From the NCBI RefSeq assembly GCF_964355755.1, contig NC_092672.1:9548001-9612000 (forward strand): a stretch of DNA of 64,000 nucleotides, read 5' to 3'. Shown here one piece after another: positions 1 to 14,700 of the stretch. How positions within the stretch are numbered: position 1 is the stretch's first letter; each line of letters starts with the position of its first letter. Below the pieces are notes generated by a model. That model made no database searches. It saw only the letters and a program-made list of their open reading frames with translations, and had not been told where the DNA came from. The translations under genes and the position numbers were made by a program. The stretch comes from Antedon mediterranea. Lineage: Eukaryota; Animalia; Echinodermata.

Positions 1-112
1 TATCGTATAATACCGTAAGCCGGAATTATGTGTCTATCAATATATACTACATCATTAAAATATCATTATTTCTACACAAACTTACTCTATTACAATTTCC
101 GATTCGTGTTAT

Positions 113-519
113 CAAAGAACTTATAACACAAGAATCTCCTGTTCTTCAATTTGCATTCAAAACACAGTATCGGAAGTACAGGGTTAAAAGGTCAAACTGG
201 GCGACGCCATTTCACAGCATGGAGCAGCGCCCCCTCCAAACTAGGAAGTCAATTACTCTACCCCCTAGAGTATTAGCAGATCCCCTCTATGATTTTGACT
301 TTCTAATTTGATGCGGGCGCCCTACTCCTCAGTCAATTACTCTATCCCCCTAGAGCATTAGCAGATCCCCTCTATGATTTTGACTTTCTAATTTGATGCG
401 GGCGCCCTAATCCATGGCTCACAATGACGCCACCCATAGCTCTATTCTATCCCACAATGCCTTTCGAAATTGTTACGCGCTTCGGACGAACAGGAGATTC
501 TTGTGTTATAAGTTCTTTG
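113..519. mobile_element. P-superfamily-like MITE
   Basis: 32-bp TIR CAAAGAACTTATAACACAAGAATCTCCTGTTC, 7-bp TSD GTGTTAT, internal tandem duplication. Confidence 0.85.
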
Positions 520-2043
520 GTGTTATCTTATTATAGTCAAATAAGTGCATTTTAAACCCCAGTTACTTCCAGTCAATTTTACAATTTCTTACAGTTTTTA
601 AAGGTAAATATTTACCTAATATAACTATTATGTCACATTAAAATGGAATATTAAAAAAAAAAAAATGTAAAAAATTTAGAGGGAAAATATATATTTATAA
701 TTGTTTCTTATCATTATTAAAGTTTCTTTGCTAAATCACCAATTGTATTTATTACATAACCGTGTTTAATATTGTATATATAGATTTGTATTAACAATGC
801 CATGACAAGATTTTGTTTAGAGGCCTAATGACATTTTTTCAATGGTTTTGATGGTACCAGTTTTATTATTACTGTATTTCTAACGAACATCCTAACGACA
901 TGACTCTATAGACAGTACAATTACTGCAGTAATAACAGTTTAGACAGTACAATTACTGCAGTAATAACAGTTTATACTTAATTGTTGTTGAACTTGTGCT
1001 TTATAGTGTTTTCTTTAAAACAGAATAAATCTTGTATTTGGTATCATCACCTTATAATTACATAAAGTAATACATAAGTCAAATTATCGTGTCTTTTGAA
1101 TAATAATTTCATGTTTGATTTTGTTTAATTCCTCCTCTCTCCAGAAACCGATTTGGGCCAAATCGATTTGGGCCAAATTACCTCGGATTCTTATTATCAA
1201 TAATGGGAAAGCGTGCAGTAATTATCTGCGATACAACGCCGGTTTTCATTCGCTATGATCTACAAACTTGTTGGTCAGTTGGTACGGTCCTGGGATTTTC
1301 GAATCAAATCGCTTTATTTCGTCCTCAATAGGAAAATACTTTGAGTGTATTAAAATAGTACAGTACATACAAATATTTATTTATTTAAGAATATGTCGCG
1401 AATATTACTAACATTTACTAAAAAGCGAAACGTGCAGTTATTGTGACGGAGGATTTTTCTGCATGACAGCGTGGTTTGAGAACAATCATTAAATAGTTCT
1501 TAAAATTGAAACTCTAAAAGTTCACAAAACGAAGTACTGTGTACTTAATAGGTTAAAAATGTCTTACCTGTCTTTTTTTCTTCAATGTTAATAGTAAAAG
1601 CTACAATACCGATTAAAGTAACTCCGATATTCTTAGTTCGTCGGTTTTCGGTGTAAATAGTTCACACCATTGAAGGCAGATAGTTATAACGGTATTACAT
1701 TACTTAACAGGCGTTGCTTGTATTTGATTGGCTGATACCTCCAGATAATTAGTTAGTATTTTACAAAATAAAAGAATTCGGTTAATTCTTTTATGTTGGA
1801 ATCTACGTCATTGTATTAAAGGTATTAATTCCTCAACAATTAAATATGGGCGTTGAAAGATGATGTAGCCCACCAACAGAAAATCCTCTTAAGTGATTGT
1901 AAGTTGTACAGTATAATAATAGTTCATAATACGTACGACTCTGTGTCAGTTACCAGAACATTCACTGAATCATAATTCAACATAAAGATATATAACACAT
2001 TTCTATATTTGGAGTTAAGCTTGTGTTATTTTATCTGGATTTA

Positions 2044-2187
2044 AGCTCTGTCTACACTCAAAATAGTGTTATGTGCCCAATATGGTAGTGGTATGCCAAA
2101 TATAGTACTGATATAACATCATCATGTCCATATATGTGCACAACATATTTGTTTGTCACATAAGTTTGATAGTATAGACACAGAGCT
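2044..2187. mobile_element. Small Harbinger-like MITE (AGCTCTGTCTACAC family); other copies at ~2925-3030, 23992-24078, 54676-54826, 57863-57996
   Basis: AGCTCTGTCTACAC...GATAGT(A/G)TAGACAGAGCT ends, recurrent in the window. Confidence 0.7.
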
Positions 2188-5100
2188 TTACGCTTTACTG
2201 AGACGATCATTTAGAGAAAAAAAAAATATTTCCAAAGTTAACGACAATTCTTTAGAATTACGATTGTGTACAACTCTAATTGAATAAAAATAAATATAGA
2301 GTAAAAGTTTTTTTAGTGTCATTCTTTTCTCTCTTCTTTCGCTTTTGTATCTGACGTAAACTATAGTTGTTAAACGTGGCACTAATCACATTTTGTCAGC
2401 AACATTATTCAAGAAAATTCAAACAGAGTTTTAGTATAAACATGTTTAAAGAAAACGACAGTAAAAACTGTTAGCTAGGTCTAGCCTAGATATGCTTAGG
2501 TTATAGCCTACCACCTTACTAGTATTAGGCCTATAGCTAAGTAACGATACGTAAAATTACTTGCCCAGATGAAAAAAAGCTATTAAATTCAAACGCATTC
2601 GTTTTTTTGTGTATGATATGGAAAATAAATGATATATGATAAATCGTATACGTGTCTTGATTTGTTCTGCTCTTTTTTGGTACCAAGTAATAACGTGATG
2701 TAAGAAGCCGTTTAATTAACATACGTTTCATTTCAAATTCAAACAAACCTAATTTATATCAACTTGGTTAGTGATGAGACAATGTTATAATAATAATAAT
2801 AACACTGAATATAGCAGCCTATTCAATTAGTTGCTATTTAAACGGTTCTACTACTCCGAACTATTTCCATGAGAAATTCCAAAGCTATCTAACAGTGAAT
2901 GTTTTCTTATAAAGAAAGCCTAAAGTTCTATCTACGCTAGTCTGACAAAAAAAAAGTGTGATGTGCCCATATAATGGTAGTGTTATGACATCATGCACAT
3001 CACATTTGTTTGACACATAACGTTTGATAGTACTAAGTAGATAATAGTATGTTATTTTCCACAGCTAGACCATCAATAAGACTAGGTGCAATTATCATGG
3101 AAGGTATAATACAGACAAAACGAAACGGCGGAATAGATTGATTGAAATATATATTTATACTGGGTAACCTCTTCAGTCAAAGACTGGTCTCCCAGAGGGC
3201 CCAGTTGGTGATCAGTGGATGTGATGTATTAATACACCGGAGTAACCCCCTACTCGTCTCAAAAGATGTACTGTACTAGGTTCTTTAAAGTGCACACGAG
3301 CTAGATGTGTACACTGGACCTACGGTCTAACTATGCTATAGTGTTCAAAACTATCGACATGCACTATATTAACTAAGATAAAAAGTTATACATACGCTAC
3401 AGTAATTCAAAAAATGTGTAAATATTTATTTATATTTATTTTAAGATGTTAAAAAACTTACCTATAAAAGCTGCATGGACTTATATAAAGTCAATGAGTA
3501 TTTCGGGATAACAATGTTTCTTGTATTTTCTAAATCAACATCAGTGTTTACTGCGGCTTATTGTACAGTAGGCATAGCATCACTCATTAAAAACTTCCGA
3601 AATCATATGCCAAATCTGTACGTTTCGTCATTAGCTGTACACACATGTGATGGTATTCATTTATTTACAGCGAATAGAACCAACGGCATCCCACTTTAAT
3701 TGAATATTGATTCTTTCAAATACAATAATAACGTGTTAATGATCAATATCATTATTTATCGTCATTTATTATTCATATACGTTAAGTGAAATCTGTTATT
3801 GTGTTTAAGTTTGGTTGTTATTGATCCGTTACGCATTTTCTCCAATCACGAATGCTAGAGGTGCTCTGTGGACGTTACCATGGGATGGCAAATTATAATT
3901 ATCTAGGCCTATTATATAATTCGCATATCCGAGGGTGGTCAGTTCGTCCTTGTAACATTTCATTCCGCCGATGAAGGTAAGAAAAGGGGACTGAAATAAA
4001 ATAGGATTAAATAAATATTGCAGGAAAAAGCTTAATACGCATGCGTACTGACGGTTAACGTTTAAAAACTTGATCGTCAGAGACGGCGGTAATTATTATA
4101 CAGTATTTTCCAACTGTAAGCATCATACAGAGTATTAGTATGAATTGACGATAAGTACTAATGGTTCTGTAAAACATACAAACTCGTACTGCACGACAAT
4201 TGTTTTAAATCATCCATACCTGTTTTTTGTCCATTCTGTGGCTTTTGCTGAAAGTTAAGTTCTTTTGATCTTCAATAAGTTATTATTTTTGTTATCTTCA
4301 ACATTTCAGGTAACGCGTATACATTGAATTTCAATATTAACATTACATTTCAAATGTCAAAGTACTTTAAAAGCATCCTATGCCTACTGTCAGGCAATGC
4401 TTTCCCTAACAAGTCAAATTGTAGTAATTTCCTCTATTTCTGATTAACAGAGAGGTCTTTACAAGCGTAACAATCAGTATGTAATTATAATCAGGCGATA
4501 TAGGCCGACATTCAAGATGTATTGTCTCCCAAAAACAAGAAAAATGAAGATTAATAAAATGAGACTTTAAATAGGTCACTTTGCAGTTTTAATAAAGTTA
4601 TTCACTTCTGTTTAAAAAAATATTTTACTTAAATAGTAATTTTTTGGTCAAAGTGAATAGGCCTAACTCTTGTGTGACATTAAACTGGCATATTAAAAAT
4701 AAAATTAAACAAAGTTTAGGGAGACAATAATATCTTTAACATACCCATATTATAAAAATCATTTGATTGATGATTGTGCAAACTTACGAAGATTGTGTAT
4801 TTGATGTTAGTCCTGAAAGTTAGTGGAAACAATATTTAGAAAAACGTATACATACTCTAAGTGGTGGGCTCTTCACTGATGAATATTAATTGAACCGCAG
4901 GGTAAAAGTGTAAGGGATAAATGGTTTATGAAATAATTTGATCGTAAAATCGAACGTTATTGTTTGATTGCCTTGGTTTGACCCTGCTCCTAAGTCATAA
5001 GTACAGATGAATAAAGTCTATGCAATCTTCTATCAACTTAGCCACGTATCGGTGGTCCATTATATAACTAACATATCAGAAAGACTTTCTTAGCTTTACG

Positions 5101-7184
5101 CATGTTGCTTTCGTTGCAGCAGGAACCGGATAGTTGACCAAACCCAGTACCGACCGTTCGGGAAATTACAGTGTATATTATATTATATCTAAAGGCAAAA
5201 TACTGAAAAAATGACAATGCTGTGGCTGGATCTCAATGGAGATACAAACAAAAAGCGAAAAGCTAAATCAAAACGATAATTTAAACGATCAGAAAGGTTA
5301 GCAGAGCTTTCGGGCAACACTAGCCCTTCATTAGTGCAAGTGAACTATCATATATTCACTACAATTCCTCTATGATAGCATTAACTATATTTAATATTAT
5401 TACTATATTATTATTATATTATATTACAACAATGTCCATGTCATGATATTTCTTTGACGGACCGTATAGCAATAACATACTAATTCCATAAGTGGTCGAG
5501 CATTTTAATACTATTAATGTTGTGAGATTCTTATAAATGTCATGAAGTGTAATATTTTCAATCAACGATAATTTTTAAGTGGTTACCGCAGACATTATGA
5601 CGCTTGAAATACCTTACATAAACATTGAATGAAAGTTAAGATTAAAGAAAATGAATAACGTATCACGAAAATATTAGCATATTATTTTCTTAATCTTGAA
5701 TTACCTTTCCAATCCATAAATTTAAATGAACGAATAAACAATTATTTTAACCCCAGATCTTTGGAACTTTTTAAAGTCTTTTACCTTCAATGTTCCATCT
5801 TTCTTAATTACAAATGGTATTTGGTACAATGGTACAAATGAACAAACAAAATGTGTGTGATCAATATGTAGAGAGGTTAATAAAATTGAGGTTAAATGAC
5901 AGGACAAAATGAACAAACAAAATTGGTGTGATCAATATATGTAGAGAGGTTAATACAATTAAGGTTAACTTATTTAAAACATTGTGATTGTAACAAAAGC
6001 AAATAAAGTACGGTATACTTCCGAATAAAGATGAACTAAAAATTTAAAAAAACTTTTAAATACACATTATATACATACACTGTTTATTACCGGCAGAGAA
6101 AAGGAGTTCCGCAAAAAGCTCACCGGCAAGAGCAGCTAAATATTTGGTATTTTTATTCTATTATACGAAATATAATAAACTTTGGTCTATAACAACTAAA
6201 TACAGCATAGAATTCTATTTCTTCATAGCATATCAATATTTTAGAATAGTGAAACTTTGTATATAGCACCTTCTTCCCACCCAATAGAAAGCACCATGTT
6301 TAATACTTGGAATCACAAAAATTCCAAAAAAAAATAATCTCTTCTATTTTTTAACATAGAAAGAGAAAACTAAGAAAATATAGTTAGTGTGCCATGTGCA
6401 TATGCAATATTAGTGGACTGAAGACACACTTCATAAATATAACGACAAAACAAATAGTTTTCTAGTACCTGTTTAGCTTCAATCTTCCACTATAAGTGGG
6501 GTCTGAAATATGAGACAAACGTTGAAATCAATTACGCAATACTTTTAAAGTTTGTTTTAAACCTCCATGCAAAACACTAGTGGAAAAAACATGCACTACT
6601 TGTTTAGAAGAACTTACACATAACATTGTTATTGTAACCACACGCGCTAAACATGTTTTGAATGAAAATATTGAAAAAAAAAGAATAAATAAATGTATTA
6701 TATAACTATTAGGCCTAGACATTGCTCTTTAAAGTAGTTTAACGATAAACGGTATTGATAAGCAAACATTTTTTATTCTTTTCTTTCCTGTATTAGTTTA
6801 TGCACATATACATTTTAGTCACGAAGATCAATTTTTAGTATAACTATTTTATTTTATTGCAGGTAAAGAGGGACACAGTTAAGATACTAACATGCATATT
6901 GTACTGTCTTACAGTATAGAAAGTACAGTTAATACTAAGTGAATGGAAAATTAACTGCAAATTTAACATAACAGTTCGCTTCAACATTTTACTTTCTCCA
7001 TGAGTAGGCTAATTAAAAGCTGGTCCAGAAAACTGGACTCGCGAACACGAATTTGGGATTTGCCTGTCACCAAACGTTAGGGGGATACGTTTCGCATGTA
7101 GAAATACAGGCACACGTGTTTGTATTACCGCGCAGAAGATAATGTCTCAACATCGTGACAATTTTATTTTCAACACTCGAGTGA

Positions 7185-7585
7185 AGGCCCATTTACACTA
7201 GGGCGATAACGATCGACGATAAATAGATAAACATACATTTTTCTTGGATAGAACGAAAGAAATTAGAACAGTTTTCGTTCTAGAACTATAGGATAATCAT
7301 GTATACTGTATTTAATAAATAATAATATTTTTGAAAAGCCAATAAAATGACGTCATGATCAATAAAAACAATAAAATCGTTGTATTGTAACGATATTATT
7401 GCTCTTACTAATCATGACGTCATTAATGATTGGACGTGTGGAAATATTATTTTCATCAAAGGCAGCATAGATGATAATCCTATAGTTCTAGGATGAACAC
7501 TTTTAACAATTCTTTTTTTTAGGTATGAAAAATGCATATTTATCTTGTTATCGTCGATCGTTATCGCCCTAGTGTAAATGGGCCT
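7185..7585. mobile_element. Harbinger-like MITE
   Basis: Long TIR AGGCCCATTTACACTAGGGCGATAACGATCGACGATAA; foldback interior. Confidence 0.85.
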
Positions 7586-7623
7586 TAAGGCCGCGGATCT
7601 GGAACGCCCTTCATGTCGATGTT

Positions 7624-7918
7624 AGCCTGGTTTCCATAAAATCGCTACACCGTGTCGCCGACTGCTGTCGCGGACAGAGCGTAGCGATTCTATGGAAACG
7701 CTAGAATTTATCGGGGATCTAGTACGCGAGCGCTAAATATTCTTTGGTACACGCGTATACGACTCATCGCCGACAAAATCGGCAAAGTTGAACATGGTTG
7801 AACTTTGCCGATTTGTCTGCAATGAATCGGGGGGAGACCTCCCCAATGCGCGTCGGCGACATTTGCGCGTGTAGCGATTTCAATGGAAACGGTGTAGCGA
7901 TTTTATGGAAACCAGGCT
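7624..7918. mobile_element. Harbinger-like MITE
   Basis: TIR AGCCTGGTTTCCATAAAATCGCTACACCG; the terminus matches the autonomous element at 61281. Confidence 0.85.
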
Positions 7919-8364
7919 TTAGAGAAGCGAATTCGGCACCTCTATTAAACATCAACTTAACATTTTTCTTTTTAATTAATAATGCTACTATATTGTTAGG
8001 CGCTCTGTTCTTTGTAGGACGCCATATAGATACATAAATACATTCGTAAAACGTGTTTGTATAAACCGCACAGAAGATAACACTTCTACGTTGTTAAAAT
8101 TGTAATATTCTCAACATACTAATAGTACATATATAACGTAAAATTGTAATTCACAAATAAAACCATTTGTGCAAAATATATTTATTGTCTGGTGGTGAAT
8201 TCTACGTTTACCAAAACAATGATTCAAAAAGCATAAAGTAACATTTGTATTACAGTGTATTACGTAATAATTAGTATGGATCAAAGATACGTCACCAATG
8301 CTGATTTGAAAAGATCTCAGTAATACTTACTACTAACACTACTACTTCTAACACTACTACTTAA

Positions 8365-8911
8365 AGATGTATTGTCCCTTGAAACACAAAAAAATGAAGG
8401 TCAAAATATTCTAAATTTAAAGTGGCCATATCAAAGTAATATTAAAGTTATTCACTTTAAGTCGAAAATTTGAGCCAAAAACAACAAGTTTACGTAATTA
8501 ACAGGTAAATTAGTTTGATTACATTTCATCTGGAAAATCGTCACGAGTGAAAGTAAACAAAGATTTCAAACCATGAGTATGCATTATGTATATGCTAAAT
8601 TAGGATTGTTTACAACTCGTCACGGTTAAGAAGGTATTTTCACACAGATCATGAGGAAGTTTTATGATTATGCATACAGAGTAGCCAAACAAGCGTGTTT
8701 CATTATGGGATATGTTTTGATTGAAAACTTTGACTGGAAGTCAAAGTTATTTTTTAAACAAAAAAACGTCTGTATTTCAGTTAATTATTTTTTTTTTCGA
8801 AAATTTTTGGGTGATAGTTAATAACTATTATGATACTTCAAAATGACCCACCTTTTTTCGAAATCTTTTATTTTTTATTTTTTTGGAATTAGTCAAAGGG
8901 ACAATACATCT
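8365..8911. mobile_element. Kolobok-like MITE; degenerate relatives at ~4514-4738 and ~54826-55104
   Basis: TTAA on both sides, TIR AGATGTATTGTCCCTT. Confidence 0.8.
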
Positions 8912-11216
8912 TTAATTTTAAGTGTAACCAAAATATAAGTGTAACAAAAATATAGTAAAATAGCTGTAAAACTTAGATAGTAACAGTCACTTTTAAGCTT
9001 GCTTTCCACTAGCGAATCTGTGAGCGGTCTAACGTAAATTCGCGTAGTGGAAAAAAAACCTTTAAAGAAAGGAAATGCCCACATTTATAGTACTTTATGA
9101 ACCGTATTTTAATTTCTCATTTTATAGTTTACACATTTCAGTAAAAACACACTTAAAACCTAAAAAAAAACTTTTGCTTCTTCAAATCTGTTACAAAAAC
9201 AAATGCAGTACAGTATACACAATTTCTCGCAGGAAATTATAGGTACCGAATGAAAAGCCAAAAATAAATATACAGTATCTTCTAACAAGGTGATTTTGTC
9301 TTATGGGATAATTGAATTGATATACTGTGTATTTAGAGTAGCCAACAGAACTAAATCTTACGCTAAAGTGGGCATGAATGTCTTGATCTGATTTTAGATA
9401 TATCAACCATGAGGAAGGTACGTTTATCGATCCACTGACCATCGTAATATTAGCTGTAGTATTATATTGAATACAGTATAACAATGTAGTGTTTGAGCAC
9501 TCATTGTCTTCCTTGCTTATAAAGATTTATCATGCATTTGTGAAAGCCATGCATGTAACGTCGTTTTACACGATTGTATGACAATGATAAGTACGTTTTT
9601 GGCACACTGATCAAGTTGTAAGGCAAATTCATTAATTGTTATCCTTCCTTGGTCCAACCATGGAGGATTTAACATGAATCTGTGACAGCAGCCATAGGAC
9701 GTCATTTTATAAGTCATCAAAACTGATGAAAAATCGGCCAGGGTTATAATCTTAGTACCGCTTCTTTTCCATGGAGAATTTATGAACATAACAACTGAAT
9801 TGTGTCCAAATAAATTCAGATTGCATTGTCAGTGATAAATACCAGAAATAAACACTAAATAATATTAAAATATACTTATAATAATATAATATTGATCTTT
9901 GCTCACATAATGGGATTAAATCAAATATTTACCCAGCATCTTCTGTGTATAATACAAAGTTATTAAATGATAATAATATCAATAGTTAGATTTCATTTGT
10001 ACCAAACAGTTTCACTCATAGTAATTAATATCAGGGAAGAGCGAGATTATTTTACTTAGTATTCCCTACTATAGTACACTAGGCACCAATGCATATATAC
10101 GCATGTTGTTATAAATACCTATTATCCTCTTTCCCTTCATTCATTTACTTTTACCTTATATACATTCCATAAACTTATTGCTCTAATTTTATTAAAGTTT
10201 TAATGATACTTTTGAAATACATCAAATGTATTTAATTTATATTAAAGCTGAATTGGATTTTATTTTTTACAGTTTCAAATATATTCTTCCTTACTTTAAA
10301 AACAATATTAAATAAAATTACCAAAATATAAAGCTTAACAAAAAAGTAGAAACAGAAAAAACAAAATTAACTAATAGTTTTAGAATCTTGAAGAATTTCC
10401 GAATACGAACCGAAGAGCACACTAACTACCACTAAATAGCTTTCGATTTTTAGACGATTGACGACCTAAATTGATTTGGCGTCGGTCGTCGCCTGGACCT
10501 AGTAGACACTATCAAAAATGTGGAGAGCAAGGAAACACGTCCCAATATCTCCACATGCGCACAATGAATAAACATGACATAGTCGCCAATCGTCGCCAAT
10601 CGATAGCCGACGCAGTTTCTACTACTTTCAGCCATCACTACACCATAAAATTAAACATTTGAAATAACGGTCATTATTCCATAAATTATTTCTGTAAATA
10701 ATTCATTAAATTATTAAGGGACAATATCTTAACCTATTCAAAACACACTCATCCTCCTAATATTAAACTTCTTCGTCCGTGACTTATTTGGTAAACTTAA
10801 TACCTTCTCTACAAAACTGAAAGAATTGATCATTGGTATAAATATATATTATTAGTTGCATTGCATTCGTTTGTGCGTTGTTCTTAATTAATTTCATATT
10901 TTAAACAGTATCGTAACTACACAGAAAAAAATAAAAGAATGTCTATATTGCAATAAGCCCAACACTTGATTGCTATTACGGCGGCGTAGATTCTACGTTT
11001 TTCAGTTTGTAGAGAATGAGAATGGTTAAATTGAAATTGGTTGCTCAAAATATGTTTGTATTTTTATTTTATTTACTGTAGTCAGCCTGAAAAGGGTGCT
11101 ATTTCAGAAACCTCTTAATTGTAAATACGTATTTTACTGATACAACATGACCTTTTCATCCTATTTAAACTATCACAGGATGTTGTAACTCCATTTATCC
11201 TAACCACGGGATAAAA

Positions 11217-11410
11217 GGAATCTACAGTACTACCATTTAAACATTTTTTTAATGCATCAAATGAAAAATATCGAATATACTTTTGAGTGTTGGAATAAAG
11301 ATTGATTATTTTGGAATTCTACAGTACTACCATTTAAACATTTTTTTAATGCATCAAATGAAAAATATCGAATATACTTTTGAGTGTTGGAATAAAGATT
11401 GATTATTTGG
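11217..11410. repeat. ~96-bp tandem duplication in the presumed GLUT 3' UTR
   Basis: Two near-identical adjacent copies. Confidence 0.9.
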
Positions 11411-11543
11411 AAAGAAACAAATACTGTTGCAATAGTAAAGATATAACTGTCGGTGTCATAATAAATTTTTAAGTTTGGATAAATAATGTAGTGTCAATGA
11501 CCATAGTCTACAATAGACAACGAAAACACGCAGAAATCAAAGG

Positions 11544-11738
11544 TTATATTTGATTTTCCGGTTTCTCAGTCGTAGCCATACTTACGTATTCATCTTTTTT
11601 TCCCGCCTCTTTGCGGAAAATTGCAGATATTTCTTCAAAACTTTTGTTTTTTGTTTCAGGTAAGAACTTGTACGTGAACAGCCAAAAGATTACAAGTAAA
11701 ATGATGAAGATAACAAAAACATATGCATCCAATGATTT
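11544..11738 (-). CDS. SLC2A1: GLUT exon 12 (TM12, PETK, stop)
   Basis: [11 protein letters not shown]...[18 protein letters not shown]...ENQI*. Confidence 0.93.
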   Translation of the reverse strand, partial: KSLDAYVFVIFIILLVIFWLFTYKFLPETKNKSFEEISAIFRKEAGKKDEYVSMATTEKPENQI

Positions 11739-14700
11739 CTAGAAACAGACATAAATAACTTGTTTAATACGGATATATAACATATTAATATTTATTCATT
11801 CATTTTTATTTTACAATCCATAAAACAAATTAATACTTTAGATTATTATCTAAATTATTAAATTAATTAGATTCAAAGCCTGGCAGAAAACCAAATAAGC
11901 TCAGGGGAGCTTTAAACCTGGTTTAAAAAATTAATAATGAATAATAAATAAAGTTAAATAATAATATAAAAAAAAAATAATTATTACAATATTACACTAC
12001 AGGACAATACGAACACAACAAGAATAATACTGTTGTTAATATATAGCGGATAAATGAACTCTAGTACATTGAATGAGCATTACTTGGATAACCAACACCA
12101 CATACCTGTAGGAACGGAAAGGTCAATCCAACTAGGAAATTTGCTGACCAATTAATGAAGAATGCTACGCTTATAGCAGCTCCTCTTGGTCCTTGAGAGA
12201 ATAACTCTGCTACGATAAGCCAGGGAATCGAACCTATACATACAAATGAAAAGAAAATGGTAAAATTAATTAAAAATACTGCTGCCATTACAATATTTTA
12301 TTCAAACAATCTTTTATTTTTCTTTCTTTTTTACCTGAAAATTATTATTTTTTTAATTGTCAGTTTCGCAGCCTCTTATAATTTCCAAAAGCGATTAATA
12401 TAGGTTATTTTGGAACTTTCTACAAAACATGAGCTTTTTATATCAATCTCTTTAAAATCCTGGGCAAACTTTACATGTCACACATTCAGATCTCTGCATA
12501 CAATTAATACATGCATACAAATTAAAATGCTGAATAAAACATTTAATTACTTAATAAAGCCAATTACAATTTACAAATTCCATACAAAAACTACACAAAA
12601 AAAACCAAAGCTACGGGTTGATCTAATCCACCATTGCAGATAGTTACATTTTTTTTTTAGTGCAACATGAAAAGAAAAGTCGCAGGTTAAAGACCCCTTC
12701 CCTGCAATTTTGGACGTTTTTTGGAAAATAATACATATCACTTTAAAAACATTAAACCATGTCATTCCTTGTCTTAAATGTACGTTTTATGGTAAATTAT
12801 GATAAAAAGTGAGAAACAATGCACTACCTAAGTAGCTTGCGGCGATCGACCTCTCGTGGACGGTCTTAGGCCTAGCCTAGCTAGGCTTAGTTTTGTAGGC
12901 CTAGCTGGTAAACATCGGTAACGTACGAACATCGTACGCTGGCTATATACCTAGCCTGACATTGTATAGTTGCTGCATTAATTGTCTTTCTATTTTTGCC
13001 AGACTCCATTGATACAAATTGGGGAAAACCCGGTATTTTCACTGAAATGTTAGGAGTCTTCCATTTGTTTTGGCCTCACGATCGATCGAAAAGTGGGCGA
13101 ATTACAGGTGAAAAACAAAAATATCAATCCGCGCGCAATGCATTTTGGGATTTATAGCGGGCCGCTATAATTATTAGAATAACTTATTTTTCACATTTTT
13201 AACCGTTTAAAGACGAAAAAAGTTATCGCAATAGGACCATATAGTATTATTTTTACATTAAATATAGTTTGTGATCTTAAATTAGATCTAAAAAACGTAG
13301 GGAAGGGGGCTTTAATAAAACCTATTATTGCATGTTATTTATTAGGTTATATGCATTATCATGTATACATATTGATTCTGTCAGGATCTTTATTTATTTA
13401 TTTATTTATTCTTTCCTTAGCACTATTTTGCCCGTCAATTATCTTGATATCAGTTTCGTCTAGCTAAGTCAATTTTTCAGAGTATTCCTTATCACCAGGA
13501 ATCGATGTGGTTATGTTTTCATGGTGCGCAATCAAAAATTACGTGGTCTACGCGGGATTTAACGAAACACGTTTGTAATCATATCTTCACAAGCATGAAT
13601 CACAATTAAACAAAATTTGGTACTCATAAATTTCAGGTCATATTTCATCATATGGCAATACAATTCGAGCGTAGCGCATATACTGTAATGCATGCGAATG
13701 TGAAATATCTGAAAAAGATTAGCAATAATAAGTTATATTTGGTAACAAATACTAAACCTTTATCTGAGAATGTAAATAAACTTAGGTGGTCTATGGCCAT
13801 ATACTTATAATGAGTGAAGATACTCCTGCTTTTTCAGCATTGGTGTTTGGTATAGTACACTCTAATCCAATAAAAGGGCGAATTGGAAAACATCAAACCA
13901 ATCTGTTAAGTACACTTAGAAATGATTTATTTATCAGAAATTTTAAGATAAATAATTTAAACGACCTAATTAATTTGCGTGAGATTGCCAGCAACAGAAA
14001 TAAGTGGCTTTTGTTATTTTGAATCTTTATTTTTACGTTATTTTATATTTTTTGTTGTTGTAGGATGCATGCATATAAGAACGTATCAGATTTTGTAAAT
14101 TCACAGTGCGTGGTTTTGTTACATTTTTTGGAATAAAGTTACCTATATTTATGCGTGCTTAAAATGTTCAAAATTGTCAACATTTAATTTCGATGAATTT
14201 AGAGTATGTTTCAGGAGTGCGCAGATTTTTGCATGCGCATTGCACGTTAAACGTTAATACTCTTTTTGCCCGATTTCTGTTTTAAAACCTTTCTTTAATA
14301 ATGTCATCATATTTGATTCACTTTCCAACTCGAAATTGCATTATACGAGCACGTCAAAAGTGACAGGCTACGCACGTATAAGTTAACATAATGGTGAAAA
14401 TATGCTAAATTTTTTAATTAATATAGATCGTCAGCAAGATCCTATCATATATTATAAATAATTAAAGACTCTCTGAAAATCAATCAATCAATATATCTTT
14501 CAAAAATCATTTATCTTTATTTAAATCAATGCATATAACATAATTCGCCATAGTGACGAATTAAATCTAGCATTGTTATTATAATATAATAGTGATTTAC
14601 AGTATATAGCGCTTTTCCTAAAGACCAAAGCACTGTACAAGAATATTAGTCTTATTTACAAAATCAGCCTGATACTGAAAATAATTTTTTTAATTGTTTT

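Noticed and set aside
30-311. 93-aa ORF sharing a peptide with ORF 22615-22851
   Set aside because: The shared sequence is the P-like MITE, not a gene family.
909-5970. Short local tandem duplications (~909-973, ~1148-1180, ~5833-5970)
   Set aside because: Ordinary slippage or repair duplications with no further structure.
3850-6890. Scattered plus-strand splice-like signals (donor ~3977, acceptors ~5119 and ~6862)
   Set aside because: Could not be joined into a credible ORF.
9517-9789. 90-aa minus-strand ORF downstream of GLUT
   Set aside because: No recognisable motif and no phase-compatible splice link to GLUT; may simply be 3' UTR or intergenic sequence.
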